In this document: in pieces, positions 57,891 through 64,000 of the stretch
Numbering within the stretch: position 1 is the first letter of the stretch
Layout: each line of letters opens with the position of its first letter
NCBI GenBank assembly: GCA_001782075.1
Contig: MFNO01000013.1
Span: 48,608 to 112,607, forward strand
From: Candidatus Levybacteria bacterium RIFCSPHIGHO2_01_FULL_38_26
GTDB lineage: Bacteria; Patescibacteriota; Microgenomatia; Levybacterales; UBA12049
DNA length: 64,000 nt
Direction: 5' to 3'
Translations under genes and position numbers: made by a program
The notes under the pieces: generated by a model
The model's database searches: none
What the model saw: only the letters and a program-made list of their open reading frames with translations
Told to the model about the DNA's origin: nothing

Positions 57891-58915
57891 GAATACTAGT
57901 AACAGGCGCTGCCGGATTTATGGGGAGTCATTTGGTTGACGCGTTGGTTGGTCTTAATCAACATGAAGTTTTTGCTGTTGATGACATGTCCGGTGGTTAT
58001 AAATCAAACATCAATCCAAAATCCCAATTTGCAAAACTTGACCTTAGAGACAAAAAGAAAGTTTGGGAATATATAGCACATGTTAAACCGGAGATTTTGT
58101 ATCACCTGGCGGCAGATGCTACAGAGGGCAGAAGTCAATTTACTCCAATTTCAGCATCCGAGCGCAATTTTCTGGCCTATATGTATACACTTGTGCCATG
58201 TATAAAAAACGGAATAAAACGAGTTGTTTTGACAAGTTCCATGAGCGTTTACGGTGCACAAAAGCCGCCCTTCTCGGAAAATATGAGACGAGATCCGGAG
58301 GATGTATACGGCATTACAAAAACTGCAATGGAAGAGGCGACAGAGGTTCTTGGCAAAGTTCACAATTTTGAGTTTGTAATAATACGGCCTCACAATGTCT
58401 ACGGACCAAAGCAAAATCTTTCCGATCCTTACAGAAATGTAATTGGGATATTTATCAACTGTCTTCTTAACAATAAAAACTTTTACATTTATGGAAAAGG
58501 AGAACAAAAAAGATCTTTCACCTACATTGATGATTTTACTCCTTATATTTTAAAAGCAGGTTTTTTAAAAGAAGCAGACAAAGAAATAATAAATATAGGT
58601 CCATCAAAAGAGTATACTATTAATCAGCTCTCAGATGTGGTTTTGAGAATATTTTTTCGGAAAAGGAGCGTGCCGGAAAGACTAAAGCCAAAATATCTTC
58701 CTGATAGACCGCAGGAAGTTAAAGACGCATATTGCACAAACGAAAAAGCAGAAAAAATATTGGGTTACAAAACAACTGTTGAGCTTGAGGAAGGGGTGAG
58801 GAGGATGATAGATTGGGCAAAAAAAATGGGTCCGCAGAAATTTAATTATTTAAAGGATGGGCTTGAGCTTGAAACAAAAGATGTTCCCGAAACATGGAAA
58901 AAAAGGCTTATATAA
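57887..58915 (+). CDS. NAD-dependent nucleotide-sugar epimerase/dehydratase
   Basis: MRILVTGAAGFMGSHL, YGITK. Confidence 0.8.
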   Translation: MRILVTGAAGFMGSHLVDALVGLNQHEVFAVDDMSGGYKSNINPKSQFAKLDLRDKKKVWEYIAHVKPEILYHLAADATEGRSQFTPISASERNFLAYMYTLVPCIKNGIKRVVLTSSMSVYGAQKPPFSENMRRDPEDVYGITKTAMEEATEVLGKVHNFEFVIIRPHNVYGPKQNLSDPYRNVIGIFINCLLNNKNFYIYGKGEQKRSFTYIDDFTPYILKAGFLKEADKEIINIGPSKEYTINQLSDVVLRIFFRKRSVPERLKPKYLPDRPQEVKDAYCTNEKAEKILGYKTTVELEEGVRRMIDWAKKMGPQKFNYLKDGLELETKDVPETWKKRLI

Positions 58916-59950
58916 ATGAGAAGATTGGTGTCGGTGGTGGTGCTAAACTGGAATGGGAAGGATCATCTAAAAACATGTTTGTCCTCCTTGAGCAAAGTAC
59001 CATATAGACCTCTTGAACTAATTGTAGTAGACAATAACTCTTCTGACGGGTCGGTAGAGATGGTTAAAGAAATTTTTCCAAACGTTAAAGTAATACAAAA
59101 CAAGAAAAACCTAGGCTATGCGGGTGGAAATAATATTGGAATTAAAAAAAGTAAAGGTGAGTATATATTTGTTCTCAATAACGACACAGAGGTTGATAAA
59201 GATTTTTTGAATCCACTTGTTGATGACATGGACTCGGATAAAAATATTGTTTGTGTTCAGCCAAAGCTTGTCTATGCAACTGCTCAAGATATTCTAAATG
59301 CTGTTGGGTCTTTTTTCACTTCTTCAGGTTTTTTATACCACTACGGATATAGAAAATCTGCAAAGCTGCCGCAGTATCAAAAGAAACTTTTAATTTATAC
59401 TGCCAAAGGCGCGGCAATGCTCTTTAGAAAAAGCGCGTTGGATAAAGTGGGTCTTTTTGATGAGGATTTTTTTATTTTTTTTGAAGAAACAGATCTTTGT
59501 CACAGACTATGGCTTTCTGGGTATAAAGTAATGTATGAGCCTAAATCAATTGTCTATCATTTTGAGGCGGTTGATACAGGAAGGCAAATGGGTGATTACA
59601 CAAGAAATTATTTGTCGCTTAGAAATAGAATTTGCAGTTATCTAAAAAACTTAGAGATGCCAAATTTTCTTGGGGTGTTGGGCATGCTTTTTATAATTTA
59701 CAGCGGATATTTTATTTATTACAGCTTACGTTTGCGGTTTGATCTTTCTATGACTGTTCCGTCAAGCATAATATGGAATATAATTCAGTTACCAAATACG
59801 CTCAAAAAAAGATATAATATCCAAAGCAAGATCAGAAAACTCAAAGACGCAGACTTATTCAAAACTATAAAAAAAGATCCGCCCCTGCGTTATTATTACT
59901 ATCTGTTTTTCGATAACCTTAAAAATTTTCAAAATGAAAAAGTTATTTAG
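58916..59950 (+). CDS. GT2 glycosyltransferase (rhamnosyltransferase/WbbL-like)
   Basis: VSVVVLNWNGKDHL...LELIVVDNNSSDGS...NLGYAGGNN...VLNNDTEV. Confidence 0.8.
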   Translation: MRRLVSVVVLNWNGKDHLKTCLSSLSKVPYRPLELIVVDNNSSDGSVEMVKEIFPNVKVIQNKKNLGYAGGNNIGIKKSKGEYIFVLNNDTEVDKDFLNPLVDDMDSDKNIVCVQPKLVYATAQDILNAVGSFFTSSGFLYHYGYRKSAKLPQYQKKLLIYTAKGAAMLFRKSALDKVGLFDEDFFIFFEETDLCHRLWLSGYKVMYEPKSIVYHFEAVDTGRQMGDYTRNYLSLRNRICSYLKNLEMPNFLGVLGMLFIIYSGYFIYYSLRLRFDLSMTVPSSIIWNIIQLPNTLKKRYNIQSKIRKLKDADLFKTIKKDPPLRYYYYLFFDNLKNFQNEKVI

Positions 59951-62900
59951 GTATCGTACTTTTTTAGAAATACTGTTTATATTCTTCCTAAGTCTGACTC
60001 CTCTTCTTTGGTTTGAGAGAGGAACAATTATTGTTGGCCACGACAACGTTTTTGCAATCGATCCTGTAACATTTTTGCAAGGCAGGTTATTTACTTGGGT
60101 AGATCATGGATTTGGACAAAGCCAGGATCTAATTATGGGTACAATACCAATCCATCTAATCGACGCTATTCCTTATGTTCTGGGACTTCCTTTTCAGGCG
60201 ACAGAAATGGCGGTATATGTGTTTTGGTTTTTTCTAATCGGAATTTCTGCTTATATACTTGCGCGTCAATTTCGTGAACAATCTTGGGTGTTTCGACTGC
60301 TTGTGGTTATTCTCTATCAGTTTAATTTTTTCTTATTGCAAGGGTGGTGGATTGGCGAGAGAACTAAATTTTCTGCTTATATAGCACTGCCGCTTATATT
60401 TACGTTGTTTCTGAGAGTACACAGAGGAGAGACTAGTGTTTTTAAGTCGGCAGTTTTAGTAAGCCTTATTTTTTTCGTATTTAATGCGGGAGGACTCTAT
60501 GGAATTCCTTTATATGGAGGACTTTTTATTTCACTTTTTGTATTTCTATTGCTTTTTGGTTTTCTGGATTTGGTAGGAAAAAATTTTGCATCTCTGAGGC
60601 GAACTTTACTTCTTACAGTCTTTTGTATAATTGGTTACGCAATTGTAAACAGTTATTTTACTTTTCCTGCGGTTTCGAGGCTAAATCAGGAATACAACCA
60701 AGGCGTTGTTAAAGCAGGCGGGGTCGAAGGACTTTTGGCATGGGCGGATGAAATTAGTGCTAATGCTAGCCTTATTAATTTATTGAGGCTTGAAGGAATC
60801 GCGGAATGGTATGACAATCCTGATCATCCATACGCCAAAGTTTTTCTAAACAACCCTTTCTTTATAGTGTTAAGTTTTATCTGGCCGTTGATAATTATTT
60901 TATCTTTCACCAGAGACTACGGAGGAAAGCGAAAAATTATTCTCCTTTTCTTCATAATATTTTTAGTTGGTATTTTTTTGTCTTCGGGAACACATCGTCC
61001 GTTTGGAGTAGTATATGAAGCTTTTATGAAATATATTCCCGGATTTGCCGCATTTCGAAGCCCTTATTTCAAATTTGCTTCCGCGATTTTTTTTGCAGCC
61101 AGTTTTCTGATCGCTTTTTATATTGACAGTTTTGGGGGAAAAAAGAAGTATGTTTTTTTTGCATTAGCGCTGGCTTTCGTATTTTTATACCATTTCCCCT
61201 ATTTTACAGGCGATATTTTTTCCTGGAGAAAAGGATTTTCAACAAGACTTGCGATACCCTCATATGTAATAGAATTTGGCAAGTGGCTTGAGGAAGAAAA
61301 AAAAGATGACGGAAGAGTTCTTTTTCTTCCACCCAATAGCCCCAATTGGCGATACAGCATATATGACTGGGGATATCTCAGCTTTCAGGCTCTGCCGACT
61401 CTTTTGAGTAATAAATCTACAGTTATCAACAATGATAGGTTAAACGACAATGAGCGAAAGCTAGTAGACGCTCTATATGATTCATTCGCCAATGATGATT
61501 CTGAATCTATAAATAAACTGTCTTCATACTTAGGAGTGAAGTATTTTATTCTTCAGGATGACACAATTGCTCAAGACTCAAGCTCTCCTCTGTCCCTAAA
61601 CGTGCGGGTATATAAAGATATGATAGAGGAAAAACTGCGGCTCAAGCCTATTAAGGATTTTGGGCGTTGGTCGCTTTACGAGCTGGATACACAAGCACTC
61701 CCAACGTTTTATACAGCGAGCGACTTGACAGTTATTTCAGGTCCTGTTAAAAACTTCAGTTATTATTATGATTTTTTGGAAGAAAAAAGAGTTCTTCTGA
61801 AAAACAATGATCTGACGGGTTTGAACCTTTCGCCGCAAAAGTTGCCTGATATTTACTCTCCCTCGTGTCTAAAATGTACAAAAAAAGATAGACCATTTAT
61901 TGTTTTTCCGCAGAGGAGCGTACTTCCGAATTCTCCTTTTTATCCGCTTGTGCTTTTGAGTGAGAACAGGAATCTTCGCTCTCAAGATCCAAGGACTCTG
62001 GTATATGATTATCTTGGATTGTCCATGAAGAGATTGTCTGAGATTAATGAGATGATTGAGAAGGATATAAGTATCAGCGGGGATGTAATTAGCAGATATG
62101 AGGCTACTGTTAGACTTATTCACACAAATTTCAATAAACTGGTTCGACTGGAAGATAAATATAGCGCTGCAGAAGATTTAACTTATTATATTAGATCTCA
62201 ACGCGACCTGGTATATGAAACATTGGCAGATGAGGTCAGCGGTTTACCGGCTGTTATTCTTGATCGAGCGCTTAAGTCTCTTCGTACTTTAGATCAAGGC
62301 ATAAAGCCATATGTGTTCACACGCGATATTACTCAAAACAGGCTGTATAATATTTCGGTTGCTCAGCCGGATGTCTATAGTCTTTACATCAGAACTGCAG
62401 AATTTGGAAGCGTAGTCAGGCCAAATGCTGATCTGTCGGTGGAGATTGACAGTAAACAATCCAGAACGCTTACTATATCTGATGAATCGTTTCAGGGGGA
62501 ATGGTTATCATTTGGAAATTTTACACTCAGTCAGGGTGATCACACTTTCCTTCTTTCTTTTTCAGAGCTTGAAAACAAAGTTTTACCCCCTCAACCCAGC
62601 ACAACTGTTTTCAACGCCGATGGGAGACAACGGTGTTTTACTACAAAGGTTGAGAATTATGACAATAGAAAAAGATACAAGGCTATTGTTCGCTATAGAA
62701 ATGATTTGTTCAACGATATAAACATATATATATGGGAAGACAAGGAAAAAGAACAAAGGCTTCGTTTCGCGTCCAGACTATTCAAGAGTCTTATAGAAGA
62801 AGAATTTACTCATGAAATTGATCCCCAAGGTGATATTAGAGGGATAATTTTAGGATTTTGTTCTACAAATCTCACACAAGAGTTTATACGCGAGCGATTT

Positions 62901-63290
62901 AGTATAAAAGTCAGCGAACTTATAGATCCAGTCGTTTTATTTTTATCTAAAAATGAGAAAGATGTTGACATAAGCAACGTATCATATCAAAGAATAAATC
63001 CTGCAAAGTACTCTGTATCTTTTTCGACTACCAATCCAAATACGGTGCTAGTTTTCAACAGCAGGTTTGATGAAGGTTGGGAATTACAAGGGGGTTTTAA
63101 AAAACATATCTTGGTAAATGGATTTGCGAATGGATGGTTGATCGAGCAGCCTGGTAATTATTCTCTTATCCTTGAATACAAACCGCAAGATTATTATCTT
63201 GTCGGCGGATTTCTGAGCTTATCGGCGGTTTTAGGAGGAGTATCATATATTTTGTGGAATAGTATTAAGCGAAGAAAAAAATATGATTGA
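59934..63290 (+). CDS. Giant (1118 aa) polytopic membrane protein with a large extracytoplasmic domain and a C-terminal TM anchor (AftD/DUF3367-like or YfhO-like GT-C candidate)
   Basis: About 13 TM in the first 450 aa, a hydrophilic domain of about 600 aa, and a final TM helix GGFLSLSAVLGGVSYILW with an RRKKYD tail. Confidence 0.6.
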   Translation: MKKLFRYRTFLEILFIFFLSLTPLLWFERGTIIVGHDNVFAIDPVTFLQGRLFTWVDHGFGQSQDLIMGTIPIHLIDAIPYVLGLPFQATEMAVYVFWFFLIGISAYILARQFREQSWVFRLLVVILYQFNFFLLQGWWIGERTKFSAYIALPLIFTLFLRVHRGETSVFKSAVLVSLIFFVFNAGGLYGIPLYGGLFISLFVFLLLFGFLDLVGKNFASLRRTLLLTVFCIIGYAIVNSYFTFPAVSRLNQEYNQGVVKAGGVEGLLAWADEISANASLINLLRLEGIAEWYDNPDHPYAKVFLNNPFFIVLSFIWPLIIILSFTRDYGGKRKIILLFFIIFLVGIFLSSGTHRPFGVVYEAFMKYIPGFAAFRSPYFKFASAIFFAASFLIAFYIDSFGGKKKYVFFALALAFVFLYHFPYFTGDIFSWRKGFSTRLAIPSYVIEFGKWLEEEKKDDGRVLFLPPNSPNWRYSIYDWGYLSFQALPTLLSNKSTVINNDRLNDNERKLVDALYDSFANDDSESINKLSSYLGVKYFILQDDTIAQDSSSPLSLNVRVYKDMIEEKLRLKPIKDFGRWSLYELDTQALPTFYTASDLTVISGPVKNFSYYYDFLEEKRVLLKNNDLTGLNLSPQKLPDIYSPSCLKCTKKDRPFIVFPQRSVLPNSPFYPLVLLSENRNLRSQDPRTLVYDYLGLSMKRLSEINEMIEKDISISGDVISRYEATVRLIHTNFNKLVRLEDKYSAAEDLTYYIRSQRDLVYETLADEVSGLPAVILDRALKSLRTLDQGIKPYVFTRDITQNRLYNISVAQPDVYSLYIRTAEFGSVVRPNADLSVEIDSKQSRTLTISDESFQGEWLSFGNFTLSQGDHTFLLSFSELENKVLPPQPSTTVFNADGRQRCFTTKVENYDNRKRYKAIVRYRNDLFNDINIYIWEDKEKEQRLRFASRLFKSLIEEEFTHEIDPQGDIRGIILGFCSTNLTQEFIRERFSIKVSELIDPVVLFLSKNEKDVDISNVSYQRINPAKYSVSFSTTNPNTVLVFNSRFDEGWELQGGFKKHILVNGFANGWLIEQPGNYSLILEYKPQDYYLVGGFLSLSAVLGGVSYILWNSIKRRKKYD

Positions 63291-63618
63291 TCATAAAAAG
63301 CTTGTTTTGTTTTTCTCGATATCTGTAGTTCTTCTTTTTCTAAGAGATACGCCTTATCTTAATGTACTTATCATAGAAAAGTTGTGGTTGATATACTTAC
63401 TTCTGCTTTTTTGGATTTTTTCCAACTTCATTCCAAAAAGAACTGGAATTTTTTTCTTTGCCGCGGTCGTTTTGTTTTTAATTGCGTTGATCTTTAGTCT
63501 TCTTAAGATCGAGATAGTAGCGGAGGCAATTGGAATTGTTATTTATGTTCTTTTATGGCTTATTGTGCTGCAAAAAATAGTTTATTTAGTTAGATCTGAG
63601 AAGCATAACAACAGATGA
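63283..63618 (+). CDS. Small membrane protein (3-4 TM), possible GtrA-like accessory
   Basis: 111 aa, all hydrophobic helices, overlapping both neighbours by a few nt. Confidence 0.4.
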   Translation: MIDHKKLVLFFSISVVLLFLRDTPYLNVLIIEKLWLIYLLLLFWIFSNFIPKRTGIFFFAAVVLFLIALIFSLLKIEIVAEAIGIVIYVLLWLIVLQKIVYLVRSEKHNNR

Positions 63619-64000
63619 TTTTTGGATTTATTGTTTTTATTACAATTCTTTTAGTCTACAGCCCATGGTTTTCGTTTTCTGGTACTCTTTCAAGCGGAGA
63701 CTGGCCGTTTCTATATGTTGAGAATATAAAAGAGTTTTCTTTTTTGCCGCAGGCGCAGTTTTTGTGGCTTGCTCCCTATTATCAAATTCCAGCAAAAATA
63801 TTTGTTCAGTATCTTAATCTTCCTTGGGAATTATTCGAGAGGATGTTTTGGTTTTGGCCGTTTATTGGTATTTCTATTGCATCCTCGTATTATCTGACTC
63901 GTTCGTGGATCGGTGTTCTAATTTATACAACAAACACTTACATCTTGATGATTGTAGCCGGGGGGCAGATGGGAATAGCGATGGCGTATGCCATTTCTCC
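63615..64000 (+). CDS. Polytopic membrane protein, 3'-truncated by the window end
   Basis: The ATG at 63615 overlaps the upstream stop (ATGA). The frame is open to the window end (MIFGFIVFITILLVYSPWF...SGDWPFLYV...). Confidence 0.4.
   Translation, partial: MIFGFIVFITILLVYSPWFSFSGTLSSGDWPFLYVENIKEFSFLPQAQFLWLAPYYQIPAKIFVQYLNLPWELFERMFWFWPFIGISIASSYYLTRSWIGVLIYTTNTYILMIVAGGQMGIAMAYAIS

Noticed and set aside
1-64000. Search for CRISPR arrays, tRNA/rRNA genes, and transposase, integrase or IS elements
   Set aside because: I saw no regularly spaced direct repeats, no cloverleaf-like GC-rich segments in the few intergenic gaps (all under 130 nt), and no recombinase-like ORFs. The only long repeats are the paralogous gene pairs described above.

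Overview
The window is AT-rich, mostly + strand, and densely packed with short or 4-nt (ATGA) gene overlaps, a style typical of small-genome, CPR/Patescibacteria-like bacteria (this taxonomic guess is inference only). Almost the whole 64 kb is one cell-surface glycan biosynthesis and decoration super-locus. By motif it contains about 10 GT-C-type polytopic membrane glycosyltransferase-like proteins, several with an early-loop 'DE' motif as in ArnT/PMT-like enzymes, and about 8 GT2 enzymes, many of them DPM1-like polyprenyl-phosphate sugar synthases. It also has 5-6 GT4 enzymes, 2 Wzx-like flippases and about 9 extended-SDR nucleotide-sugar epimerase/dehydratase/reductases (GalE, UXS, RmlB, two GMER/Fcl-like and others). 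There are also a UDP-glucose-6-dehydrogenase-family enzyme, an RmlC-like and an FdtA-like cupin, a sugar C-methyltransferase, 2 DegT-family aminotransferases and at least 5 SAM methyltransferases, one of them fused to a GT2. The most notable block is 44.0-50.8 kb. It holds a tandem pair of CDP-alcohol phosphotransferase-family membrane proteins, then a PEP-synthase/PPDK-like ATP-grasp plus phospho-His-swivel kinase, a class-I glutamine amidotransferase/peptidase-C26 hydrolase, a LicC-like cytidylyltransferase, an atypical histidine-phosphatase-fold protein and a methyltransferase. In enzyme content and order this matches the Campylobacter jejuni O-methyl-phosphoramidate (MeOPN) pathway (Cj1418-Cj1417-Cj1416), a modification not, to my knowledge, described outside Campylobacter-like organisms. 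I saw no rRNA, tRNA, CRISPR array, transposase or integrase.
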